Part shown: piece by piece, positions 39,175 through 48,716 of the stretch
How the letters are laid out: each line of letters begins with the position of its first letter
How positions within the stretch are numbered: the first letter of the stretch is position 1
DNA from: Nitrosopumilus sp.
GTDB taxonomy: Archaea > Thermoproteota > Nitrososphaeria > Nitrososphaerales > Nitrosopumilaceae
NCBI GenBank assembly: GCA_965197525.1
Contig: OZ240211.1
Location: 576,001 to 640,000, forward strand
DNA: 64,000 nt
Reading direction: 5' to 3'
Translations under genes and position numbers: made by a program
Notes under the pieces: generated by a model
Told to the model about the DNA's origin: nothing
Databases searched by the model: none
Seen by the model: the letters and a program-made list of their open reading frames with translations, nothing else

Positions 39175-40176
39175 ATGAATGCAAGACAGACAAGAGGTCA
39201 GATCAGTATGAGATATATGAATAAAAACAAGAAAGACACACAAGCACCAAGTAAATCATTTAGAAAAGGCATCACATTGATGGAATTATTCAGGATGTTT
39301 CCTGATAATGATACTGCAGAGAAATGGTTTGAGTCTAGAATATGGAAAGATGGCAGAAGGTGCCCTACCTGTAATAACCCAGACACAAAAGAGGCAAAAC
39401 ATCCAAAGATGCCTTATCGGTGTTATGTTTGTCACAGTTATTTCAGTGTTAAAAAAGGGACTGTCATGGAACAGTCAAAAATATCATATCAGCATTGGGC
39501 TATAGCTACCTATCTTTTTGCCGTAAATCTAAAGGGTGTGTCATCTATGAAGATACATAGAGACCTAGGAATAACACAAAAATCAGCTTGGTTCTTGGTT
39601 CATCGTTTAAGAGAATCATGGAAAATGTTGGCAGGAGTTGACTCTATGACTGGTCCAGTTGAAATAGATGAGGTATACCTGGGAGGCAAAGAAAAAAATA
39701 AACACGCAGACAAAAAACAGTCCAAAGGTCAAGGTGGTAAAAACATGACTGCAGTAATCGGAATAAAAGACAGAGCAACTAACAAAATATCTGCTCAACC
39801 AGTACCAGAGACAACCAGAGCCAGACTAGAGAATTTTGTAGAATCCAAGACGACACAAACTGTTACAAAGTACACTGATGAGAATCCAGCTTATAGTGAA
39901 CTGTCAAATCACGAATCTGTGAGGCATTCTGTAGGTGAATATGTCAGAGGACAAGCCCATATCAACGGACTTGAATCATTCTGGTCAATGGTCAGACGTG
40001 GATATGACGGCATATACCATCACATTTCAGAAGATCATCTGCACCGATACATCAACGAGTTCGCAGGACGTCACAACGTCAGAAGCATGGACACAATAGA
40101 CATGATGAGTGAGGTAGCAGAGAACATGATAGGGCATAGATTAACCTACAAGGACTTGATAGGTCAGGGGATTTGA
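39175..40176 (+). CDS. IS1595-family transposase
   Basis: Zn ribbon CPTC..YRCYVC; GPVEIDEVYLGG, YTDENPAY, HINGLESFWS; element ends not identified. Confidence 0.92.
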   Translation: MNARQTRGQISMRYMNKNKKDTQAPSKSFRKGITLMELFRMFPDNDTAEKWFESRIWKDGRRCPTCNNPDTKEAKHPKMPYRCYVCHSYFSVKKGTVMEQSKISYQHWAIATYLFAVNLKGVSSMKIHRDLGITQKSAWFLVHRLRESWKMLAGVDSMTGPVEIDEVYLGGKEKNKHADKKQSKGQGGKNMTAVIGIKDRATNKISAQPVPETTRARLENFVESKTTQTVTKYTDENPAYSELSNHESVRHSVGEYVRGQAHINGLESFWSMVRRGYDGIYHHISEDHLHRYINEFAGRHNVRSMDTIDMMSEVAENMIGHRLTYKDLIGQGI

Positions 40177-40187
40177 TCCATGTTCTA

Positions 40188-40439
40188 TTATTTTGATTGT
40201 TGATTTACATATTCATAAATAGAGTCAAAAAATTCTTCCTTCAACCCAATATCTACTAATTGATCTTCCACTAACTCGGAATTAACACTATCTTTTTTGT
40301 CAACAAACACTTCCATTGAAGAAATGATTGAATGATGGAGATAATAAACAAATTCACTATCGGCTTCGGTAATACGCAGAAATCCTAATATAGAAAAAAC
40401 CGATAGCATTTTTTTAGGTTCGTAACTACTTTGTTTCAA
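40188..40439 (-). CDS. Hypothetical protein
   Basis: 83 aa ORF convergent with the transposase. Confidence 0.45.
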   Translation of the reverse strand: MKQSSYEPKKMLSVFSILGFLRITEADSEFVYYLHHSIISSMEVFVDKKDSVNSELVEDQLVDIGLKEEFFDSIYEYVNQQSK

Positions 40440-40463
40440 GATCTTCTCCTATGGTAGAAGACC

Positions 40464-40631
40464 TTAATGTGTCAATATTTCTGGGTGTCTGTGTATGTAC
40501 ATCGTCACAGCCTCATGTATTTTTTTCATTGCCTCGTCCTCTGTTTTAGCAAAAACACGAACAGGTTTCATAGCAGGGCAAAACGCCATAAAACCCCCTT
40601 CCACTGACTTCATTTGAAACGTGTATTGCAT
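40464..40631 (-). CDS. HicB-like (UPF0150) protein (missed by ORF track)
   Basis: MQYTFQMKSVEGGFMAFCPAMKPVRVFAKTEDEAMKKIHEAVTMYIHRHPEILTH*: EGGF.A.CP......T.DEA...I.EA...Y pattern. Confidence 0.65.
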   Translation of the reverse strand: MQYTFQMKSVEGGFMAFCPAMKPVRVFAKTEDEAMKKIHEAVTMYIHRHPEILTH

Positions 40632-40697
40632 TATGAACACATACCATAATTACCTAATATACACTGCAAGGCGTTGTTTAAAAAGATTGTTAACAGG

Positions 40698-42028
40698 GGT
40701 TCTGTTGGGTTAACGGGTGTTGACTGCTGAGGATCATGTCAGATTCCACAACCATCAACAACACATTGACTACTCGACTTTGACATATCGACTATTCGGA
40801 TTACCGGTCTGCAGGGTTCCGCCATCGCCGGTTCAAAAACACCGGACTGCGCTTCATGTATGCCATCTCTACTATCTCTAAACCTAGGAGACAGTTTGCG
40901 TGATATGTTCATGGCAGCGATAATATCCCTGTCCATAAACAAACCGCAATTATTACACGATGATTTACGATGTTGTTGCATGTCCTCTTGGAGTCTCTTT
41001 CCGCATTGCGGACACTGCGTGCTCGTGTTTTTTGGGTCTACTGTTTTTACAGGTAGCCCGACCCATTGGGCTTTGTATTCTATTTGTCTTTGTAGTTCAA
41101 AGAATTGCCATCCGTTCAATCTACGTCTGTATTTGTTGCCTTGACCGTTTCCTTTTCCGTACAGTTTTCTAATTCCCTTTAGATTTTCTAGAACAATGAC
41201 AGCCTTTTTCTTGACTGCATTGTCTACTATGTTTTTTGAGATTCTATGTATGTACTGTTTTGTCCTGTTTGACATTCTTCTCTGTTTTTCTTTGTAGAAT
41301 TGACCTTTCTTTCTTTTGTTGTTTCTACGGAAACTGGATCTGGCATGTATTGTGTTCTCTTTGATTGAGAGTAACTTGTTGGTTTTGTAGAATGTTACCT
41401 CTTCTTCATTTCCGCATGTGACGTTTCTAAGGTTTCTGTCTACTCCCACTGTCTTGGTGCACTCTATCTCCTGTACTTTTTTTGAAATACAAAGACTGAT
41501 GTTGAGAGCAGTCAATGAAAACGAGCGCACTGTCACGGTGGGATCAGACAGTATTTTTTGAGTATGTTCGTTGAGCAGGATGTTAATTGGATTTCTTGGC
41601 TTGTATGGAATTGTGAGTAAGGCGCCGTTGTGTTTTATACGGTAACAATTAGTGATAAACGGATTTTTGATAATTGGATCTTTTACTTTGAGGCCACGTT
41701 TGACTGACTGATCTCTGTTTGCCAGGATGCCCGCAGCTCGTGATATTGCATTGAGTTTGTATGAAGATAGGATGTCATAGTGACGTAATTCGTGATAGCA
41801 TAGCATAGACAACCGTTTCATGTTGTGGGTATCTTCCTTTAGCCCATCTTGATACAACGGTTAACCATGTCTGTGAACGTGATCATCATATCCATTAGGT
41901 CAGAGTTTGGTGTATGTTTTTGTGCTATTGACTTTATTGCTCTCAACAAGTATTGTACGGTTTAAGGTTATCTATATTTAGTGTTATGGGTATAATTTCT
42001 GATCAACACCCGTTAACCCAACAGAACC
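40698..42028 (-). mobile_element. Non-autonomous IS6-type TIR element carrying tnpB (copy 2, 1331 bp)
   Basis: Perfect 26-bp TIR GGTTCTGTTGGGTTAACGGGTGTTGA at 40698-40723 and 42003-42028; near-identical to copy 3; no TSD. Confidence 0.9.
40739..41949 (-). pseudogene. tnpB: tnpB with a 1-bp deletion near the 5' end
   Basis: TTTAGCCC-ATCTTG here vs TTTAGCCCTATCTTG in copy 3 (deletion at ~41845); explains 1331 vs 1332 bp; RuvC motifs intact. Confidence 0.88.
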
Positions 42029-42340
42029 GGCGACTGCAATGATTGCAGTCTCTTGTCTGTCAAATGAGACCAAAAATAGGCTAAAAAAATGATTGTTCAG
42101 ATTGCATATAACTCATGTTTACTCATTTGCCATCATGGCAGGAATACTTGCAGATTCTCTAACAAGATTATAGTATCGTGAGATAACCGACTATAGTAAG
42201 TTACTAATCATTTTCTACTATGTGTTTTATAGATAAAAATCAACAAAATATGTGAACGATTATAAAAAAAAATGAGTAACGCCGTAATCTAGAACAAAAA
42301 AAACAAACTGTATAAGAAGCATTAAAACACTTTAGCAATG

Positions 42341-42652
42341 TTAAAACTTTTCAGGTCTTACTATACCAACGTCGCTAACATGCAACATTATTGCATAATT
42401 AGCAAATAACGTTCTTGAGATCTCCTCTACAATATCAGATAGTTTATCTTCACGTAATACAACCTCCACTTTGACATTTTTTTCATTTTTAAATCCTTGA
42501 CCGCGTAATCCACGCGCACCGTTTCCATCTACTTCATAAGTGGTATAACCAGTTATGTCATGTTTCTTTAAAATTTGAAGAACGTTTTTTTGAGTAAGAA
42601 TCTCACACGTGACAGTTAGTAGTTTTACAGGATATAGTTTCATATGAACCAC
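42341..42652 (-). CDS. sbtB: P-II-like regulator (SbtB type)
   Basis: KLLTVTCE, GYTTYEVDG.GARG, KVEVV; overlaps the 3' end of the sbtA-like gene. Confidence 0.75.
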   Translation of the reverse strand: MVHMKLYPVKLLTVTCEILTQKNVLQILKKHDITGYTTYEVDGNGARGLRGQGFKNEKNVKVEVVLREDKLSDIVEEISRTLFANYAIMLHVSDVGIVRPEKF

Positions 42653-43800
42653 TCTGCAATGTAATTCAATAAATCTATCGATCCTTCTGCATCATGAAGA
42701 AGTGATGACACGCTGAACATTACAGGCAATAGAACTATTATGTTGTATGGAAAAGTAATTCCCAAAGCAGACGTGATGTAAAGACTGGGCTTTGCCTGTG
42801 GAATGGCATGACGAAGAACAGCAGGTGCTGCAATAAATGAGGCACTAGCAAGTAGTAGTCCGAACATAACTGCACCACCCAAACTCAGGCCCATGGCAGT
42901 TGCAACTATAACACCAATTATTCCATTAAAAGTAGGCATTAGAACTGCAAATGCAACAAGAAAGACTCCAACTTTTTTTATATCATCAAGTCTCTGTCCT
43001 GCAATTATCCCCATCTCGATCATAAAGATGACTATGGCACCAGTAAACATCTCATCGAATACGATCTTGATGGAATCAAAACCTTCATTGCCAATAATAT
43101 AACCAATAACAATACTTCCCAACAGTATCACTATTGCTTTACCGGTGACGGATTCGCGTAACACTTGAGATAGATTTGTTTTAGTCTCGGCTAGACCCAA
43201 CTGGATGTCTACTGTGACATCATCATCAACATCAACATCAACATCATCACCAACAACATCACCAACAACATCACCAACAACATCAACGTCAGGATTATCA
43301 ACAAATGATTGCCTCTTGGCATTGATCTGTTTTGATACTGCCATATTTGTCAAAAATATTGCCAAGATAAAAGCAACAGGTTCTAAAACAGCTAGGATTG
43401 CAGCCAAGTATCCCTCTGATGAGACGCCTTGATTCTTAAGAAATGACAAGCCAACTGAGAATGTTACGGCCCCTACTGCGCCATACGTGGATGCTAGAGC
43501 ATATGAATCAAATATGTTGAATTTTCCCAGCCTTCGCAAGATTTGATAATGATTCAACGTAAATAGTAAAGACAGACCGATGGCTACCAACATTGGAATC
43601 AACATATTCTCAAATCCGGTATTTCGCATCTCTATGCCACCATGCAGTCCAATTGCTGCAAGAAGGTAGATTGGTAAAAATTCAGAGACAGCCTCTGGAA
43701 TTTTTAGATCAGATTTTATTCTAGCAGCGATGATTCCAAACAAGAAGAACAGTATAATCGGAGTTAGAAGATTTGATTGTATGAGTTGTAATATGTCCAT
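42640..43800 (-). CDS. sbtA: Sodium-dependent bicarbonate transporter family permease (SbtA/DUF897)
   Basis: KSDLKIP, IYLLAAIGLHGG, YGAVGAVTF, ASASFIAAPA, ITFPYNII. Confidence 0.88.
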   Translation of the reverse strand: MDILQLIQSNLLTPIILFFLFGIIAARIKSDLKIPEAVSEFLPIYLLAAIGLHGGIEMRNTGFENMLIPMLVAIGLSLLFTLNHYQILRRLGKFNIFDSYALASTYGAVGAVTFSVGLSFLKNQGVSSEGYLAAILAVLEPVAFILAIFLTNMAVSKQINAKRQSFVDNPDVDVVGDVVGDVVGDDVDVDVDDDVTVDIQLGLAETKTNLSQVLRESVTGKAIVILLGSIVIGYIIGNEGFDSIKIVFDEMFTGAIVIFMIEMGIIAGQRLDDIKKVGVFLVAFAVLMPTFNGIIGVIVATAMGLSLGGAVMFGLLLASASFIAAPAVLRHAIPQAKPSLYITSALGITFPYNIIVLLPVMFSVSSLLHDAEGSIDLLNYIAEWFI

Positions 43801-43923
43801 CTGAACAATTCAAAGAAAAATCAGTAGAATAAAAACCAAGGTATTAGAGATCAAAAGGACTGGATAAATATATTTGAAGTTTAGGAGCAGTAGCATCGAC
43901 TGACAATTGTATAACAGATAACG

Positions 43924-45528
43924 CTATGCTTCGCAATTTAGTAGTTGGGCATCAGTAGAATCATCAATATTGCATCCGTCAGAATCCGCACCGCCGTCAA
44001 GAACGTCAGAACCAGAGTTCGAATAGAGTATATCAGAGCCGTCATTGCCCTTGATTATATCATCGCCGGAATTTCCTCGAATAGTATCATTGCCTGAGTT
44101 ACCAGAGATGATATCGTTGCCATCGCCGCCGTAAATGCAGTCATCACCATCGCCGCCGGATATCAAGTCATCACCTTCTAGACCGAATATTAGATCAGCG
44201 CCATCTGTGCCTAAAAGAATATCATCGCCTTCAGTGCCCGTTACAAGGTTGTAATCAGAGTAAGAAGAGCCGCATGTCAGCACAGTCACTGTTTGATATG
44301 CATTAGCAGAGTTTCCGGCATTGTCAAATGCTATCCAAAGAATACTGGTAAGCCCAACATCAAAATATTCAGGTGCGTTGTTGATAATTGTACGTATACC
44401 ACTATCATCAACTGCTAGCGGTTCACCTAGCGGGACAACATTCTTCATGTCAGTAGCCTCCACGGTCAATGAAAGGGGAGCCATTATCAGCGGATCTCGC
44501 GTATCGTTGGCGTATAAAAGTTGATCCTCTAAGATTTCAGGACTGGTAACATTAAGGATTTCAGTAGCTATGGGTGCCCGATAAAACGGTGTTTCATACA
44601 GTTTAATACTATGTTCACCAGAATCTATAACTATTAACTCACCATTAATCCCTATTGCAATATCAGTCAAAATTCCAAAGGAATTAGGATAAGGCCCTAG
44701 TTGATTAATAACATTCAACTTCAAAGTGGAATCAGATAGATGTAGTATTTTGTCATTTGCAGAATTTATAACAAACATCTTTCCTGATGAATCAACGGCT
44801 ACTGCTTTAGGTGTAAATGTATAACCTGCAGCATGAAATGATAATGAACTCACAAATGTGCCATTCAGATTGAATTTTTCAATGCTATTGCTTCCTCGGT
44901 CAGCGATATAGACATAGTTATTATCATCATCAATATCAATTCCAAGTGGAGTTATAAATTGGCCATCATTTAATCCGCTAGAGCCAAAGGACGAAATAAA
45001 TTCTCCATCAGTAGTGAATTTTTGAATTCTTTGATTTCCGGTATCAACTACATATACTGTACCGTTATGTACAGCAATTCCATTTGGAAGCAGGAACTGT
45101 CCATTGCCAGTTCCGCGCGTTCCCCATTGAAGAATAAATTCTCCATCAGTAGTGAATGTTTGAACTCTGTTCAAATTACGATCGGCTACAAATACGGTAT
45201 CATTGAATGATGCAATACCAGAAGGATGATGAAATTGTCCGTCATGGGTGCCACTAGTCCCCCATTGATCAAGATACAGACCGCCACTTGAGAATTTTTG
45301 GACGCGTTTGTTGCCAAAGTCGCTTACGTATATACTGCCATCATCATCGCCTACGGCAACAAATTGAGGATAGGAGAAATGCCCAGGGGTGGAAATCCCA
45401 AATGAGCCAATGGTATCAAGATAATCATAGTTAAAAAGGGCAAAAGATGTCTGTGCTGCAGATACTGATAACAGTACAGAACATACTGCAATAACCGTTA
45501 CTGCTGCCAATATAGATTGTGTCAACAA
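43924..45528 (-). CDS. Secreted NHL-repeat beta-propeller with C-terminal RTX-like Ca-binding repeats
   Basis: GQF..P.GIA...VYV.D.GN.RIQKF repeats; GGDGDD/GNSGND nonapeptide repeats. Confidence 0.9.
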   Translation of the reverse strand: MLTQSILAAVTVIAVCSVLLSVSAAQTSFALFNYDYLDTIGSFGISTPGHFSYPQFVAVGDDDGSIYVSDFGNKRVQKFSSGGLYLDQWGTSGTHDGQFHHPSGIASFNDTVFVADRNLNRVQTFTTDGEFILQWGTRGTGNGQFLLPNGIAVHNGTVYVVDTGNQRIQKFTTDGEFISSFGSSGLNDGQFITPLGIDIDDDNNYVYIADRGSNSIEKFNLNGTFVSSLSFHAAGYTFTPKAVAVDSSGKMFVINSANDKILHLSDSTLKLNVINQLGPYPNSFGILTDIAIGINGELIVIDSGEHSIKLYETPFYRAPIATEILNVTSPEILEDQLLYANDTRDPLIMAPLSLTVEATDMKNVVPLGEPLAVDDSGIRTIINNAPEYFDVGLTSILWIAFDNAGNSANAYQTVTVLTCGSSYSDYNLVTGTEGDDILLGTDGADLIFGLEGDDLISGGDGDDCIYGGDGNDIISGNSGNDTIRGNSGDDIIKGNDGSDILYSNSGSDVLDGGADSDGCNIDDSTDAQLLNCEA

Positions 45529-45595
45529 AGAATATTAACAAAATTAGAGGAACTTGAGAAGGGTTAACTAATGTTATAGTTGTTGTCAATTTTAG

Positions 45596-46381
45596 TTAAA
45601 ATGGTTTGTTTACTTCACGAGTAAAGACATAACTTGCAAGTGTAACCATCACAAGGACGAATGTAACAAGGACGCCAAGGCTTAACAGTACCGGGACATC
45701 TCCTTGAGGAATTCCAGTCATCATCTCTCTTACTAGTAAGACAGTATAGGTTACAGGATTTAACTTGGCAGCAGACGCAAGCCAATCAGGTAATAGTTCC
45801 AACGGGAACAATGCAGGACTTAGCATGAATAATGGCATTCCAAGAAAATTGATCAATCCCCAGAAAGTCTCTTGAGACTTTGCAGTAGCTGCAACTACGA
45901 CGGAGATTCCAGAAAACCCCAATGAAAACAATATTACAATTGCCATGATTGGAACGATCATCAATGGATTTGGGATTGTAACGCCTATTGCAAGTGCGAT
46001 CCCTAGAATCAAGCTGGCCTGTAATGCTGCAATCAACGAGATTGCAGACATCTTTCCTAGTGCAATAGATGAACGGGATATAGGAGAGGTTAAAGCCTTG
46101 TTCATAAACCCGTATCGTCTATCCCAAAGTGTATTGACACCGCCAAACACACTAGTAAAGATTGCAGTAAGGATTAGAACACCTGGCGCCATAAACTCAA
46201 TGTATTGGCCATCAAATCCAACTGATTGAATTAGCGGCTGAGTACCAGAAAAAGTATTACCGATTACAATAATCCATATTGCCGGTTGGACTACTCTAAT
46301 CATGACACCGCTACGAGATTTTTTATATCTTTTTAGTTCTCTCCAAAAAATCGTAAATGTATCATACATCAGTGTATTCAT
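45596..46381 (-). CDS. ABC-2 type transporter permease
   Basis: DRRYGFMNKALTSP, LNPVTY; six TM segments. Confidence 0.9.
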   Translation of the reverse strand: MNTLMYDTFTIFWRELKRYKKSRSGVMIRVVQPAIWIIVIGNTFSGTQPLIQSVGFDGQYIEFMAPGVLILTAIFTSVFGGVNTLWDRRYGFMNKALTSPISRSSIALGKMSAISLIAALQASLILGIALAIGVTIPNPLMIVPIMAIVILFSLGFSGISVVVAATAKSQETFWGLINFLGMPLFMLSPALFPLELLPDWLASAAKLNPVTYTVLLVREMMTGIPQGDVPVLLSLGVLVTFVLVMVTLASYVFTREVNKPF

Positions 46382-47379
46382 GCTCGTAACCTCTTGAACA
46401 TGGCATGTTCGTGCTGCCGGTTAAATCCAGAATTATCATCTCTGATTTTATGACCAGTGTAAGAGATAAAGACATCATCAAGTGTGGGTCTAGTAAGAGA
46501 GATAGATGTAATAGTTGTATCAAACTTGGATGCAATATCGAAGATTTTGGGGATTACCTTTGTTCCATTAGATGCAAACAATGTAAGTGTGGTACCATCA
46601 TCATTGTTTATCCTGTTTACAAATTTAATCTTTTTAATTTCATTCAAAAAGAGATCATAGTTGCCTGTCTGCTCAATATCAAGCGAGATAACCTCATTTC
46701 CCATTGCATTCTTTAGATTCTCAGGAGAGTCAACAACCTGAATTTTGCCATGATCAATGATTCCAACTCTGTCACATAGTTTGTCTGCCTCTTCCATATA
46801 GTGGGTAGTTACAAGGATTGTCATCTGAAACTCGTCATGGATTTTTCTGATGTAATCCCAAATTTTTCTACGGGTCTGAATATCAAGACCTACTGTAGGT
46901 TCGTCAAGAAACAATACCTTGGGTCTGTGCAGTAGGCCGCCTACAATATCAAGTCGCTTGCGCATACCGCCGGAGTATGTTACAACTGCCTGATCTTGTT
47001 TGTCAACGAGTCCAATTAACTCCAAAACATCATCGATTCTTTGGTCAATCTCATTTTTTGGAATATGATGAAGTTTAGCCTGAAGTATCAGATTCTCCCT
47101 TCCTGTAAGGTATTCGTCAACTGTGGATTCTTGTTGGACGTACCCAATACTGGCTCTGACTTTTTTGGAATGCTTCATCACATCAAATCCAGAGATCAGC
47201 GCATGGCCGGATGTTGGTTTGAGTAAAGTAGTCAAGATCATGATAGTGGTGCTCTTGCCAGCACCATTAGGGCCCAAGAAACCAAAAACCTCACCAGTGT
47301 TCACTGAAAACGAGATATCATCTACTGCAGTCACATTATCAAAGGATTTGCTAAGGGATTTAGTCTCTATTGAATACAT
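46378..47379 (-). CDS. ABC transporter ATP-binding protein (DrrA-like)
   Basis: GPNGAGKST, YSGGMRKRL, FLDEPT. Confidence 0.93.
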   Translation of the reverse strand: MYSIETKSLSKSFDNVTAVDDISFSVNTGEVFGFLGPNGAGKSTTIMILTTLLKPTSGHALISGFDVMKHSKKVRASIGYVQQESTVDEYLTGRENLILQAKLHHIPKNEIDQRIDDVLELIGLVDKQDQAVVTYSGGMRKRLDIVGGLLHRPKVLFLDEPTVGLDIQTRRKIWDYIRKIHDEFQMTILVTTHYMEEADKLCDRVGIIDHGKIQVVDSPENLKNAMGNEVISLDIEQTGNYDLFLNEIKKIKFVNRINNDDGTTLTLFASNGTKVIPKIFDIASKFDTTITSISLTRPTLDDVFISYTGHKIRDDNSGFNRQHEHAMFKRLRA

Positions 47380-47651
47380 GAATTAATCATATTTGTCAAT
47401 TATAAATTGCTAAGGATTGGTCTGAATATATACGAGTGTTAAAAAGAGGATCCTGTAATAATAACAATAGATGTGATACTAAACATGATCTTTGTGTTCG
47501 TTTTCACAAATATTTGAAAAGAAAAACGGTATTTAAATATATGAACACAAAAATGAAGTAACATATTATGCTACAATTGATGAATAGAATTAGATAACGA
47601 ACGAATAGAATCATAAAAAATTTAAGACAGGGTAAAAAGATCTTAACTAAT

Positions 47652-47756
47652 ATGAAAGGATTATGCCAGAGATGTTACTCATCAAATGTAGAGGTAGTAG
47701 TTACAGAAGGAGAGCCAATCTGTGCTACATGTTCCAAAAAAATAGAAAATAACTAG
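47652..47756 (+). CDS. 34-aa Zn-finger peptide
   Basis: MKGLCQRCYSSNVEVVVTEGEPICATCSKKIENN* (two CxxC). Confidence 0.55.
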   Translation: MKGLCQRCYSSNVEVVVTEGEPICATCSKKIENN

Positions 47757-47759
47757 ATC

Positions 47760-48266
47760 TCATTCCATTTTTTTGAGATCGTCTTTGGTTATTCGCAGGA
47801 TAACCTTTTCGCCTACCCCCCAAATTTCTGATTTGGACAGTATTTTAGAGTGCAAAAGACCATCACTAATCTCTATTGACTCCAACTCTCCCGTATCAGG
47901 ATGTTTATGTAATCTCTTTACTTTGCCTATCTTTCTACGATCAATATCGATTACAGGTATTCCAGTTCTTACCGGCGGTCTGCTAAGAAGTAGGGTTTTT
48001 TGAGAGAATTTGTCAATATATTCGGTAGATATGAAAAAATCCCTGTGAAATCCTTGATGTATAGTCACACCAGTAACTACCAAAGTCTCAAAGTTGATAT
48101 GAATGTGTTTTACCTTGCCGTATACAATCCCTTCCCGATCTATGACTTTTTTACCAGTAAAAGTGTCTGCTGTGACCATGCTGGCGTCAACTTCTTTGAG
48201 TTTTACGGACATGCAATATAGTATACAGATTTGTTTATCATACCAAATATCAGAAAATTCAATCAA
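47760..48266 (-). CDS. Double PRC-barrel domain protein
   Basis: GKKVIDREG..YGKV and GIPVIDID..KIGKV repeats. Confidence 0.8.
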   Translation of the reverse strand: MIEFSDIWYDKQICILYCMSVKLKEVDASMVTADTFTGKKVIDREGIVYGKVKHIHINFETLVVTGVTIHQGFHRDFFISTEYIDKFSQKTLLLSRPPVRTGIPVIDIDRRKIGKVKRLHKHPDTGELESIEISDGLLHSKILSKSEIWGVGEKVILRITKDDLKKME

Positions 48267-48299
48267 TGAGGTTAAATTACTTGACAGAAAAAACTACGC

Positions 48300-48629
48300 A
48301 TGGTAATAAAAGAAACGTTGTTCAGATCAATCCTGACTACCAAAGGAAGAAAGACTGGTAAAGCACACTCAGTAATGCTCAGAGCAGTAAATTATGACGG
48401 AAAAATCTATTTTTCAAGGCATAGGCCTGATGGGGATTGGTTCAAAAATGCTCTAGCGACACCAGAGGTAAAGATAGAGTACAACAACAACAAGATTCTG
48501 ACAGGAAAAGCACAGCTAGTAACTGATGAAAAATTAAGTGAAAAGATCTCAATGCTAAAGTATCCAGGAGAACAAAGAGCAAAAGAGAAACGCGTTACAA
48601 TTCAAATTGTGTTAGATGAAAAAGAGTAG
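48300..48629 (+). CDS. Deazaflavin (F420)-dependent nitroreductase-family protein
   Basis: LTTKGRKTGK, DWFKNALATPEV. Confidence 0.75.
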   Translation: MVIKETLFRSILTTKGRKTGKAHSVMLRAVNYDGKIYFSRHRPDGDWFKNALATPEVKIEYNNNKILTGKAQLVTDEKLSEKISMLKYPGEQRAKEKRVTIQIVLDEKE

Positions 48630-48716
48630 AGAAGCCTTTTATTTAAGATTAGAGTAATTGTACTGCCAAGAGATGCTTTAACATATAAAACATCTGTAAA
48701 AAGTAAAAAAAAAGAG

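Noticed and set aside
38998-39243. 81-aa minus-strand ORF
   Set aside because: It is the antisense reading of the tRNA at 39040-39125.
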